From the NCBI RefSeq assembly GCF_046119375.1, contig NW_027362769.1, positions 361,274,001 to 361,338,000 on the forward strand: a stretch of DNA of 64,000 nt, in the 5' to 3' direction. The notes beneath the pieces were generated by a model. That model searched no databases, was not told the origin of the DNA, and saw only the letters and a program-made list of their open reading frames with translations. The DNA is from Phyllobates terribilis. Lineage: Eukaryota. Within the stretch, counting starts at the first letter, position 1, and each line of letters starts with the position of its first letter. This document shows positions 49,698 to 62,303 of this stretch, piece by piece. Made by a program: the position numbers and the translations under genes.

Positions 49698-50224
49698 ATT
49701 TAAAAAAGACATAGACAAACTGGAGCAAGTTCAGAGAAGAGCGACCAGTGTATATATATATTTAAAAAAGACATAGACAAACTGGAGCAAGTTCAGAGAA
49801 GAGCGACCAGAATGGTGACTGGTCTGCAAACCATGTCCTATGAGGAACGGTTGCAGGATTTGGGAATGTTTAGCTTGCAAAAAAGAAGACTGAGAGGAGA
49901 CTTAATAGCTGTCTACAAATATGTCAAGGGCTGTCACATTGTAGAAGGATCATCTTTATTCTCATTTGCACAAGGAAAGACTAGAAGCAATGGGATGAAA
50001 CTAAATGGGAGGAGACACAGATTAGATATTAGAAAAAACTTTTTGACAGTTAGGGTGATTAATGAGTGGAACAGGCTGCCACGAGAGGTGGTGAGTTCCC
50101 CTTCAATGGACGTCTTCAAACAGAGGCTGGACAGACATCTGTCTGAGATGATCTAGTGAATCCTGCTTTGAGCAGGGGGTTGGACCAGATGACCCAGGAG
50201 GTCCCTTCCAACTCTACCATTCTA
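49698..50224 (+). mobile_element. CR1 LINE 3' fragment (5'-truncated), young
   Basis: RT C-terminus plus 3' UTR ending CTACCATTCTAT; looks identical to the 3' end of the copy at 52047-53900. Confidence 0.93.
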
Positions 50225-50710
50225 TATATATATACTGTATATATAATGCATTTCCCGTAAGAAATAAAAGAAAAAGCATATTCGGTATGGCTGCATCCCG
50301 TATAGCCTTAAAGCAAAAAACAAAACTCCAAAATTGCCATTTTGCCACATTTTTTTTCCAGAAAAAAAGTAAAAAGCCTATCAAAATGTGAAATGTACCA
50401 ATAAAGACTGCAGCTCATAAAGCCAAAAAGGAACAAGAAAAATCAACAACTCACACAGTTCTTGACAGAAAAAGAATAGTGCATGTCTTGGACAAAGAGG
50501 GCACTAAACCAAATATTTTTTTAACAAAGTTCTTACTTTTCTTTGAAGCCACTAAAATAGTAAAAACAAACTATACACATTTGGTATTGTAATTGTACTG
50601 GCCAACAAAAATGAAAATGAGCTGCTAAATACAATAGTGTTCACGTTGGAGGAGGGGGTTGGGGACACTGCTCATAATTTTTTTTTGTCACATAATTTAT
50701 TTGCCTGTAG

Positions 50711-50900
50711 GAAACATTGGGAAGCTCAGTCGTACTCATTCTGCACCTCGGTGGGAAGCGGCCGTGGGTGGGGTCCTCGAGGATCACTCACCGGTTTACC
50801 CATGGTTTGGAGTAGGCAAATTCAACAGCTGAACAGAGTTAGTCCAGCAATGGCTTCAGCCATAACCGAGGCTTATCCTTCACCACAGCTTCTCATGCAG
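50711..50900 (+). CDS. EME2: EME2 coding exon 7
   Basis: SFCT...WSRQIQQLNRVSPAMASAITEAYPSPQLLMQ; TAG / GTTAGT. Confidence 0.95.
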
Positions 50901-51007
50901 GTTAGTTGTTGCATGCACAGTGGCTCTCTACAATATATACTACAACTCCCATCATATATTGTTTTTCAGGATTGCTTTTTTTATCTTCTCTCGCTGTCCC
51001 TCTCCAG

Positions 51008-51244
51008 GCTTACGCAGAATGCAATACTGAACGAGAGAAACTCTCTCTCCTCTCTGATCTACGGGTGCCACGTAAGGCAGGTGACACAGAAGAGGGCGAT
51101 GACCCAGATGATGATTCTAGCAACACACAAGGTGATGGACCAGCAGGGGGGAGAGAAAGACGAATCGGTCCAGATTTATCACGACGGATCTGGCTTTTCA
51201 TGACTGCGACTAATCCAGAACTAGTGTTGGATCTGAATTCATAG
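51008..51244 (+). CDS. EME2: EME2 coding exon 8 (last)
   Basis: AYAECNTERE...RRIGPDLSRRIWLFMTATNPELVLDLNS*; matches the EME2 C-terminus. Confidence 0.95.
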   Translation, partial: AYAECNTEREKLSLLSDLRVPRKAGDTEEGDDPDDDSSNTQGDGPAGGRERRIGPDLSRRIWLFMTATNPELVLDLNS

Positions 51245-51468
51245 CACGGTGGGCTGTAGTCGCTAACCAGTAAGAACTATGGATTTTTTTTTTTCTTGGG
51301 TGGACTTCAATTAAATATAACATTTCTGTAATAATGTAATTACCTTGCGTCTGCCGGTCCAGTACATAAGATACAGCATTACGACTGAGAGCACGCCTTG
51401 CGGTAACGTGGTGGCAGGGGAGCTCACCATTACGGTATATTAATACTCATGTTTTCCTTGTTTCTTAA

Positions 51469-51853
51469 AGCGAACCGGTCACCAAGAATATGCAATGCAA
51501 TCTGCGGGCATCTTATAGAGAAAGGAGGAGGTGAGCAGCATAATATGTGATTTTTTTAGAAAAGATTCTGTTTATTCTTTGATTTATTCATTTATACCTC
51601 CGCTCTCTCTAGGATTGCTGATCCAGTGGGCAGTCCGATCAGTGATTTGACAGTTATATAAAGATAGCTGTCAGTTATTGATAGCTCCGCCCACTGGACC
51701 AAAAACTCCAGAAAGAGCAGAGGATGATATGATGAAAATACAGATTATACCTAGTCTTTTCTCACAACACCATACATCAATCTGCTGAGCTCCCCCTGCT
51801 TTATAACATGATACCTGCAGATTATACTGCATTTTCATGGTGACAGGTTTCCT
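51469..51853. mobile_element. TTAA-flanked MITE (Kolobok/T2-like)
   Basis: TIR AGCGAACCGGTCACC / GGTGACAGGTTTCCT; TTAA on both sides. Confidence 0.7.
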
Positions 51854-52046
51854 TTAAAGGGTTTGTTGTACACCAATAATTTTTTACTCGACCTATGATT
51901 AAAAAAAAATGGCAGTAGTTTTAATTTTTTTTTTTTTAAGTATACAGCTCCTGTGCACTTATGTGTTATATATAAATATATACTACAAACATCCTATTTG
52001 TAATCTGATGCTACAGTCGTGGTGATAGTCTATGATTGCAGTTTTA

Positions 52047-53900
52047 CATAGAATCATAGAATGGTAGAGTTGGAAGGGACCTCCTGGGTCATCTGGTCCA
52101 ACCCCCTGCTCAAAGCAGGATTCACTAGATCATCTCAGACAGATGTCTGTCCAGCCTCTGTTTGAAGACGTCCATTGAAGGGGAACTCACCACCTCTCGT
52201 GGCAGCCTGTTCCACTCATTAATCACCCTAACTGTCAAAAAGTTTTTTCTAATATCTAATCTGTGTCTCCTCCCATTTAGTTTCATCCCATTGCTTCTAG
52301 TCTTTCCTTGTGCAAATGAGAATAAAGATGATCCTTCTACAATGTGACAGCCCTTGACATATTTGTAGACAGCTATTAAGTCTCCTCTCAGTCTTCTTTT
52401 TTGCAAGCTAAACATTCCCAAATCCTGCAACCGTTCCTCATAGGACATGGTTTGCAGACCAGTCACCATTCTGGTCGCTCTTCTCTGAACTTGCTCCAGT
52501 TTGTCTATGTCTTTTTTAAAATGTGGTGCCCAAAACTGTACACAGTATTCCAGATGAGGTCTGACCAAAGAGGAGTAAAGACCGATAATGACTTCACGTG
52601 ATCTAGACTGTATGCTTCTGTTAATACATCCCAGAATTGTATTTGCCTTTTTTGCTGCTGCATCACACTGTTGACTCATGTTCAGTCTATGATCTATTAG
52701 TATACCTAAGTCTTTTTCACATGTACTGTTGCTTAGCTCTATTCCTCCCATTCTGTATATGCTTTTTTCATTTTTATTGCCCAGATGTAGTACTTTGCAT
52801 TTTTCCCTGTTAAAAACCATTCTGTTGGTTGCTGCCCACTGCTCCAGTTTATTTAGGTCTTTTTGAATCCTCTCTCTCTCTTCTCTAGTATTAGCTATCC
52901 CTCCTAGCTTTGTGTCATCAGCAAATTTAATCAGTTTACCCTCAATTCCTTCATCTAAATCATTGATAAAGATGTTGAACAATACAGGTCCCAGGACGGA
53001 GCCCTGTGGTACCCCACTTGAGACATTCATCCAGCTGGATGTGAAGCCATTTACAACCACCCTTTGAGTCCGATCACTAAGCCAGTTATGAATCCACCTA
53101 ACAGTTGCCTGGTCCATTGCATACTTGGTCATTTTTTCAATAAGGATGGTGTGAGATACTTTGTCAAATGCTTTGCTGAAGTCAAGATATACTATATCTA
53201 CAGCATTTCCCTGATCCACCCAGTCAGTGATTCTGTCATAGAAGGAAATTAAGTTAGTCTGACATGACTTGTTAGTTACAAACCCATGCTGACTCTGGTT
53301 AATCACTTCATTCTTATCCATGTACTTACATACATGTTGTTTAATAATTTGTTCAAAGATCTTTCCTGGTATAGAAGTCAGACTCACCGGCCTATAGTTC
53401 CCTGGGTCCACCTTCTTCCCCTTTTTGAAGATAGGAACAACATTTGCTCTTCTCCAGTCTTCTGGGACTTCTCCTGTTCTCCAAGAATTTTCAAAGATTA
53501 TGGAGAGTGGTTCTAAAATTTCTTCTACGATCTCCTTCAGTACTCTGGGGTGTAATTCATCTGGACCTGGAGACTTGAACTCATTTATGTTAGCTAAATA
53601 TTCCCTCACAATCTTTCTGTTTACAGATAACTTGGATTCCTCTATTCCTTTAAAAGGACAGTGAAGATCAGTTGATGTTACATTTTCTTTCTGAGAAAAA
53701 ACAGATGCAAAATAGGAATTAAAAAGTTCGGCCTTCTCAACATCCTCTCTTACCATTTCTCCATTTTCATCCTGTAAAAATCCTATAGCATCTTTGACTT
53801 TTCTTTTACTTTTGACATACCCCCAAAATCCTTTTTTATTGCTTTTGACATCTCTTGCAAGCCTTAATTCATTGTCAGCTTTAGGAGCTATCCACACTGA
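52047..53900 (-). mobile_element. CR1 LINE, 5'-truncated, with uninterrupted RT reading frame
   Basis: 590-codon open frame 52125-53897 (GVPQGSVLGPVLF, KFADDTKL); (ATTCTATG)2 tail; endonuclease domain absent. Confidence 0.96.
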
Positions 53901-53934
53901 ATGGTAGTTTTTGTATAATGTATAAAAATATATA

Positions 53935-54883
53935 CCGTATTATTTGGATTGTAAGACACTTTTTCCTCAAATTTTGGAGGAAAGTGGAGGGTGCGTCTTA
54001 TAATCCGAATACTAGCCATAGTATATACTATATACTGGGGGAGGGTGGGAGGAGCGGCAGCGGGGGATGAGCAGTGCACAGGAGGCAGCAGCCTACGCTG
54101 TGCCCGCTGCTAAAGAAAATGAATATCGACTGCTCCCTACACCCATGGGCGTGGAGAGCAATGAATATTCATTTTCCTTAATAGCGCATACACTGTACCC
54201 GCAGCGCGGCTCCTGCTGCTGCCGGCGGTCAGTGTGCCCGCTATTAAAGCCCATGGATATTAACTACAACCCACTCCCATGTGTTGTAGTGAATATTCAT
54301 GGTCTTTAATAGCGGGCACACTGACCACAAAGCGGCAGCAGGCGCCGCGCTGCGGGTACAGTGTGTGCGCTATTGAAGAGACTGAATGGTCACTGCTCCC
54401 CACGTACACAGTTTTGGCGCGAGGAGCAGTGAGTATTCCGTCATAGCACTCCACTGTGTGAGGGCGCATGGCAGGGACGCCATGCGCGGCTCACACAGTG
54501 AGAGTGTCGGCAGCAGAGCGGGACAGAGTGCTGGAGGAGAGAGGAGGTAAGTATAACTGTTTATTTTTGTGTGTGCAGTGTGATGGGGATCAGGGGGGCC
54601 ATGCATTACCAGGATGGTGATCAGGGGTGCAATGCATATGGGAATGGGGATCAAGCGGTGCAATGCATATGGGGATGGGGGCCACGTATAACAGGAAGGA
54701 GGGGGACATATATACCAGGATGGGGGATATTAACAGAATTGGGGGACATTACCCCCTATAACAGTGTCAGCAGCAGACCCCCTCCCCCTTAACAGTGCAT
54801 CGTAACCACATTTTTTTGCTTTATTTTTTTTTCTATTTTCCTTCTCTAAAACCTAGGTGGGTCTTATAGTCCGAAAAATACAG
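53935..54883. mobile_element. Tc1/mariner-pogo-like MITE with internal hairpin
   Basis: TA|CCGTATT...GTAAGAC and GTCTTATAGTCCGAAAAATACAG|TA termini. Confidence 0.7.
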
Positions 54884-56665
54884 TATATATATTTTTAGAT
54901 TAACTGTTTAGTTAATGTATCACCAAGTCTGTAGTGGATAGCACGTAGGATTTGATTGCTGTCTAAAAGTTGTAGACTGATTAAGTTTTGCATAGTAGTT
55001 GTATACTCAATAGGATGGATATATAGATGCATATAAACACAACTGCCATTTAGACGTGTCTACTAGATGATAAACAATCTTAAAAATCATTTCACCATAT
55101 GAACAAGCGTTTCTGATTATAATCTGATACCAGTCTTATCGCTAGTCTATGATCATAGGGCTGTACAAGAACTGTATACCCTACTCCTTAGTGTATGTTT
55201 AAACGCCAAAAGTAATATAAAAAAATAAAAATTACTCCTATGTTGTTCAGGGACTAAGGTTGCGGAGTTCTGACCTCAGTGGAATTGGGCACAATTTGAT
55301 TACATGGGGGTATTTAATTTATTGGAAACAGATGGGAGAGGAAATGAACGAGGCAGTTAGGGTTTCCGCATGCCTGATCCTTTGTTATCACATATAAGCA
55401 GAAGGGTCTGGCACTAGCTTATTACCTGTTCCCCATTGGGTACACATGCCCCTTCAGCATCTCAATGAAGCTGAGCAGGGAGGAAGGTCTGTGTGCCAGC
55501 AGTCATCTCGAGTGTACGAGATTGGATCCAGCCATGGGAAGGCAGGACATTTTTCTTCGGGAAAGGCTGTGGTCTATCCCTGTCTTCGGTGCAGCCTTAT
55601 TTTGTAGACTATATTACAAGGCATAGGGAAACATATAAAGCAACCCAAGCTGTATTTCATACCGCAACTTTCATTGATATATAGGTGTTAAACAGGAAGC
55701 CTACATGAGATTCTAGCAGTAACATAGTAAGCAGACTACACCACAACCCAAACCCATCCAACTCGGGGTCCTAATGGATCAGGAAAAAAATAAAATAAAA
55801 ACAGCTGTAAATATGATGTCGGTAGGGAGAGGACGAACAGTACAATGAACAGTTACTCCAATAACAGTATATGGATGTGGTCTCTACAGATCCTGGATGG
55901 AGGTTGTTCATACAGAAACCCATGTCGCCATGCTGTCAACCAACAGTTTGATGAGCCTTGAAGGAGGGGGGCTTCTGCAGGCCCCAGGGAACGTTTTACT
56001 TAGCCCTAAGTATTGCAGGTCACTGAAATGCCTATAGAACTGTTAGAAACTAGCATTTAAGAGTCACTCAGGTCCAAGCAGTAGCCATTCAATGATTACT
56101 GGGGTCTGATTCATTATACAGTCCGTAGTAGCAAAAACCCCAGTTGTTTTACAGATCCTGGTAAAGTGCTGGTAGAATACAGACCTCTTTATTCCTAAGG
56201 ATAAGAGTATTAAAGGAGGTGTCCATGATTAGAATAAGGGGGTCAGCGCCACTCTAGTATTGCAGCATTCACTTTATTATTTATACACTGCAATGAAAGA
56301 CACAGGCAAGAGTGGCGCTGTTCCTGTGGGAGGAGCTTTTTTTTTTTTTCCCCCACCCTTCTTTGATCCCGGACGAACCCCAATTAAATGGTCAGATGTT
56401 ACAAATTGTGCCCCACCTAAGGCAGAAAGACAGCCATAGCAAAACGAAAACTAGGCTTCAGCTGTCTTAATCTAGCACCATCATTCTGATATTTCAAGGT
56501 CACCAAATGACAAGATCAGTGCCCGCTCCAGTTTCTATTTGTCCCTTTGATATCTATGATCAGCTTGGAGGTCATTGGATTTTTATATTCCGTCCTTGCA
56601 AAAGTTCACAGTGGGGTGTTACGGCAGACGCCTGGGCACCATGACGGTACCTCTTGCTGCTACTG

Positions 56666-57027
56666 CTAAACCCTACGGCATCGTTTCCGTTGACAATCTT
56701 CCGGTCCTAGTGGGCAGCTACTATCTGAGTCGCTCCCGCAGGAGGCGGTGGCTGCAGTGTCACTTTTGCGCTGTCTGGAGGGGCTGATTCCCATCTGTAA
56801 GACCCAGCCCAGCTTGTTACTCAGAACTTGTTTTAGACCTGGAGGGAGAGGTAAGGCCTCCAGGGAGTCTACACAGTCAGGAAGCAGCTGGCGCAAGCGG
56901 GCACAACACAGGTACTGGAGGGAAGTGCGGCAGCTGCACGAGCGGATTACTTTCATGCTGCTCTTCGCGGCTGTAGAACAGACCATGGGGAATAACTTCT
57001 TGTTCCGCAGCTGAGTGGCTGCTACGC
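56666..57027 (-). CDS. SPSB3: SPRY domain-containing SOCS box protein 3, last coding exon (SOCS box)
   Basis: [13 protein letters not shown]...SLQYLCC...LPLPPGLK...CQRKRCRRV*. Model join(62303-62175,59704-59530,59439-59252,57710-57608,57236-57111,57027-56666) = 1083 nt, 360 aa. Confidence 0.96.
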
Positions 57028-57110
57028 CTGGAAGGTAAGAGGAACATGTAAGACGACCACTTTGTTCTGCCGAGTAATTTGTGACCACCCAGATCTGTTC
57101 AATCACCTAC

Positions 57111-57236
57111 CGATACACTTCCTGTTCTTGTAGAACGTCAGCACTCCATGCCAGGTGTCCAGGTGTACTCCAATAATGGACCCTTGGCCAAAGCGCGTAG
57201 AGAAGCTGCTTTTATCACCTTTGTGCTGAAGCAAGC
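57111..57236 (-). CDS. SPSB3: SPSB3 coding exon 5
   Basis: LLQHKGDK...[27 protein letters not shown]; TAG / GTAGG. Confidence 0.95.
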
Positions 57237-57607
57237 CTAGAAGACGGAGAAGAAGGATTACTATAGATTAATATGCAAATTGCCTCTTCAGAGAGGATTT
57301 GAACTTTATAGCGCCACCTGTTGGAAGCAGCAATCCTATTAGTCACAGAGCTGGTATGTCACTCTGCACAAGGAGAAACGTTACTCTATAGATTACTAGC
57401 ATTACACAAAGACACACAAAAGTGATTCAAGTCCTCCAGGCTAAAGGATCAATACGACTCAGAGTAAAGTAACCCCCCATTGATTGAAGAAAAAAAATAT
57501 GTCCTACTGAGACATGCAGTCAAGGAATGCCATTAATGACAGTCAGTTGGCAGATTACTAGCTACAACAAACAGCAGCCATTAATCTCATAGCATAACCA
57601 CTCTTAC

Positions 57608-57710
57608 CTGTGTATGAGAGACCCCAACTCTCAGCATCTTTCCCAAGCAGACTACAAAAGGAGTGTCGGTACTTGTCCAGGTTCACGTCTGACGTTCCAA
57701 TGCCAACCAT
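57608..57710 (-). CDS. SPSB3: SPSB3 coding exon 4
   Basis: [34 protein letters not shown]; TAG / GTAAG. Confidence 0.95.
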
Positions 57711-59251
57711 CTAAGAAATTAAAAAGATCGTCTGTTTTACCCTCTGGTACAACTATTTTATATACATTTTCAAGGAAAACGCAGGACAGGTATCTTTAGA
57801 CTAGAACGGGCATTCCCCAACTATTCGCTTTCTTCTTTCTTTTAAATACTAAAGCAAAATGCACATTTGGCTTTGTGCTTGTTCTATAAATCGGGAGCTG
57901 TTATGTGTACTGCAATGTTCCTATAAGCCCCTATTCAGCATAAGGAGGTCAAAAGAGTGTTCTTTTAGCCTCAGTCTCGCTGGTAAGTGTATGCAATGTT
58001 TGTTTTACTGTATAGGCAAATGCACAAAGTCTGTACTTTCTTATACAGAGGGCTGTCACAAAGAAACATATACTATGCTGTATACAATTTTTTTATTTTT
58101 ATTTGCAAGGGGTACCTATATGAGTGTATGCCATGACATTCACCTTGATTGTGGCCAGTCTCTGGCACATATACCTTCTGAGTGTGTGTCCCAGTGGGTA
58201 CAGACATGTTATGCAACTGTAACTCTAGTTTAGACGTTATCATGGTGAACAAGCACAACACCGTTCCATTTTAAGACGCTTACACAGTTAAATTATTATT
58301 CATAAATTTTCTGTTTTGTTATGTATAAAAATCACCAGTAGCCGAATCTGTATGGGAGCCTTTAGACCTATTCAGGTCAATACAAAACTATATTAAAAGA
58401 CTAAAGTTCACAAGCTATATAATTGCTGGACATTTTGCATGCAAGAAACCTGCAGCATTGTACATTGAAAGGAGAGTCAATGGAGTTTTAAAAAACCCAA
58501 ATTGTATGCAGCATAAAAAAAAGTACAGGCCAGTTATGAACCAGATATGTTCTGTAAGTTTATTATATTATTATTATGTAAACAAAATAATACTAACCTC
58601 ATCGCTGAGCTCCAGCCACCCTGCTGCCCGCCGTCCAGTCCTCTACTCTTCACTGAGGTCTGGATGTAGATGGAAGTCCATGCTTATAGTGAAGAGTTCA
58701 GAGATGCAGGAAACAGTGAAAAGAAGAGGACTGGATGGCGGTTAGTGAGACGGCTAAAGAGGGGAGTAGTTATTTTTTTTTTTACCAATATTCAGATCTC
58801 CAGCTGCCTCGCTGCCCGCCATCACGTTCACTCCTTTCCACAGTTGCCCATTGCATTGCCAGCCTCGTCACTATAAGCCAGGATTTCTGTCCGCATCCAG
58901 GCCTTGGAGGTCACTGCACATCATCAAGTGGAGGTGCATGCCCCAACCTTAAAATACACAGTGAGCTTTGAGGTCTGAATGTAGCCAAAAGTCCGTAGTA
59001 GTGAAGAGGACGGAGATGTGGCACGTGATTATAGCAGTAAGAGGACTGACCAGCGGCTGGAGAGGTGAGCAGTTTCCGTTTTGTATGAAAACTGTCACCA
59101 CCCGTACCTGGAGACACTGACATGTGAAAGAGGCCTTAGGGGCAGATTACAAGCGTACCCTATATATGCTTTATTTTGATGGGGTGAACACCTCAGGAAA
59201 AAACATACATTTTAGTAAGTCTTGCCTAGAAGACTTGAATGGCGTACATAC

Positions 59252-59439
59252 CATGTCTGTGCCATATACAGGCGAGGTCATCTTAATCTCCCAGAAGTGC
59301 TGACCTTCGCTGAGCACCTTGTTGCCTCGGATTGCAGCCGTGCCACAGCTATACTCCATGTGGAAGCCGACTTTCCGGTTGTCGCAGCTCAGAACTGTAG
59401 CAGTGGATTTACTGCAATCGTCCCAAACCCAGTCAAAAT
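59252..59439 (-). CDS. SPSB3: SPSB3 coding exon 3
   Basis: FDWVWDD...[14 protein letters not shown]...[17 protein letters not shown]; CAG / GTATG. Confidence 0.95.
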
Positions 59440-59529
59440 CTGCAACAGAAAGGAGAGAGAAAAAAAAACGAAAAGTGAGAACGTGTCAGTGGGTTTCATT
59501 AACGAGCTGTGGACTTTCCCATATCTTAC

Positions 59530-59704
59530 AGTCATCTTCCTCTCCGCACTGGCAGCTCTTTATTTGGTGGAACGTGTGCAGGTTGGAGCAGTAGGGATCA
59601 CTCTGGCTGTCGCAGCTACAGTAGGATTCACCCGTCACAGGCACAGCGCTGGGTATGGAGGGAGGCAAGTGGAGGAGCTCGATCTCAGAGTCGCTGTTAC
59701 TGTG
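59530..59704 (-). CDS. SPSB3: SPSB3 coding exon 2
   Basis: HSNSDSE...[14 protein letters not shown]...CQCGEEDD; CAG / GTAAG. Confidence 0.92.
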
Positions 59705-60407
59705 CTGTAAATGTAATGGGAATGACACAATCACTGAAAAGTTCAGAAGCTTCCTAACACACTGCGTTTTGATTCCTTACCATTTTTTCAAGATCTCTGC
59801 TTGCCGTCTGTGAATAGAAACATTAATATTTGCATCCAGAGGGTGAAGACTAGTACAGACCTAACAGGGAAATCTTGTTTCAAGTGTATCTACTCCAGGT
59901 AATCCTGTGGCCTGAAGGGGTTTTCTGGGAGTTCAAAGGGAGGGTAGCGTTAAGTAGGGTGGTAGATTAATTAAGTGTATGGAGAACTCAGGTTGGATAC
60001 TTATTAGCCTGCTGCCCAAAGCTCTTCTTACTGCTGAGTCAGCTCATTGTCCAGGGGGTGGTCACTGTGATTTTCCCTATCAGGTCTTGGCTTTTTTTTT
60101 TTTTTTTTTAAACCTCCATTATGAGCCCCCAAGGCAGTGACCATTGGAAGCAGGTTATACCTGTATCCCTGGCTTCTTTTTTGCTAGGAAATTAGCATTA
60201 TTGAAGACAGGGGTAACCTACCCTCAGCATCTACTGTACCTATTCCACAGCAATGCATATATTTAATCCTTTAAAAGTCAGATAGGCCATAAATATTAAA
60301 TGAAAAGGGGTCTGTGACTCTTGGCACTCCCACAGATCAGAGGTTGGAGAGTGCTGCTCCTCTTTCGCAGTGGCCTGGTTCTGCATCTCAGTCATAATTC
60401 AAGTGAT

Positions 60408-60527
60408 GGGCACAGCCACTCCATACTGAGCTGCGACACCGGGCACAGCCACTCCATACTGATCTGCGACGCCGGGCACAGCCACTCCATACTGAGCTGC
60501 GACGCCGGGCACAGCCACTCCATATTG
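60408..60527. repeat. 33-bp tandem repeat (about 3.6 copies)
   Basis: GGGCACAGCCACTCCATACT at 60408, 60441, 60474, 60507. Confidence 0.9.
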
Positions 60528-62174
60528 TGCAGGGCAATGCTTGGTAAATTAAAGATGTGGCACTAGTCCCTTAAATAAGCTGATTGTTCAACCTCCTGCC
60601 AAGCTAATATTAAAGACCTATCCCAAGGACAGGTCATCAATATCAAAGTCCTAAAAAGGTGAGCTGAGGATTGCCTAGTGTGGATTCAACCATGGTAAAT
60701 CAACTGGATTAGGACTGTGCACACTTGCAGGATCTGGATGTACAGAAGTTTTTTTAGTTTTTAAATTTAAAGTAGTGGACACCCCTTTTTTAATTAAATG
60801 TTAGGCCTCTATAAAATTAAATAATCCTTTTTTATATATAACTCCTGAGGGTATTTATATTATATTTATCAAATCTCTCCATACATGTGCTAATTAATAT
60901 ACAGCAATTGAAATGCTGATATATTAATGGATTTTCCCCAATCTGTTATTCATATTATGCCTGTAACAGACAAGACATGCCCTCTGTTCCCCTCATTAGA
61001 GCTACGTTTTATTTTTCTTGGTTGCTTGTATTGTTTTCTGTATTTTAATATGTCCTTTGTGTTTTTTTGTTTTTTAATTATGAATTGATAAATAAAAGAT
61101 ATGTTATTTATTGTGTCCGTTTTTAATTTCAATTTTGTGGTTCGCTATAAAATTAAAGCCAATACCCCCCTCCCGTACCAACTCTGTTCTAGTGGTGTCA
61201 GCGCTTGCGGTCCCAGGGCTGTGATGCGGTGGAATGACACGTGATGACCGGCGCCCACTCAGCGCTGGCGTCACTGTCTCCGCCTTCAGACAAACTGAAC
61301 ATGAAGTAGAAGTCTGGGATTAGCTGCGGCTATGACTTCCTCTTCATGATCATTTTGCCCGAAGGAGGAGAAAGTGACACCAGCGCTGATTGGGCGTCGG
61401 GCATCATGTGTTATTCCACCGCATCACAGCACCAGGACCGCGAGTGCTGTCACCATTGGAACGGAGCCGGCATGGGAGGGGAGTATAGTTTTTAGTTGTT
61501 TTTTTTTACCAGAACAGTTAGTTTAAGAAGGGGTTGTCCTAGAAGTGGACATCCCCTTTAAGAAAGTTTCAATCCAGCAGTTCTGGGAGTTAAAAATAAA
61601 ACTACATAAACATATGACATGTTTTGAACTCAAGAAACCATGTAGTTAAGTTTAAGATGAAAAATCCATGTGGTTTGAAACGCGTCACTTGTGTCTGTAA
61701 CTTTACTTTTTTTTTTTGTAAAATTTGAATAAATTCAATTCTACTCAAATGTACTCTTCTCTACAATTTTGTTACTACCTGGAAACCAGCTGTGACTCCT
61801 TATCCATGCATCCCTCTGAATTTTAACTACTGGATTTGCAAACCAGTGATGTCTTGGGTGAGCTGATTTTTGTTTTATACATAATGGTTTTAATTTACTG
61901 ACAGCAAGCAAATAGTTTAATTCTGGCAAGAAGTTTACACAAATAACAGATAAGGAGGGTTAACCCTGATAAAAAAGAAACAAACCTACGAATCTGCACT
62001 AAGGTCAGGTATAAGATACTTATTGTCTAAAAAGAACGCTTTTCGGCAGAATCCCCTTCATCAGATAAAAAGGCAGCAGTAGGAATTTTACACAAAACCC
62101 ATCAGATCAACCCAATGGTACAACAAGGACAAATCAGAACATGGAGAAAACAGAAATACAGGTGAGTGTATTAC

Positions 62175-62303
62175 CTGCCCATCAGAATCATAGCCCCAGG
62201 CTTCATCTCCTGCTGGCAGAGAGGGTGCTCGCGTGTCCTGGTCTCTGCGTACCCCACTTAATACAAAGTGCCAGGCACGGCTGCTGCGTGGTCGACGAGC
62301 CAT
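62175..62303 (-). CDS. SPSB3: SPSB3 coding exon 1
   Basis: [21 protein letters not shown]...WGYDSDGQ, then GTAAT; an acceptor at about 62318 implies an upstream non-coding exon. Confidence 0.92.
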
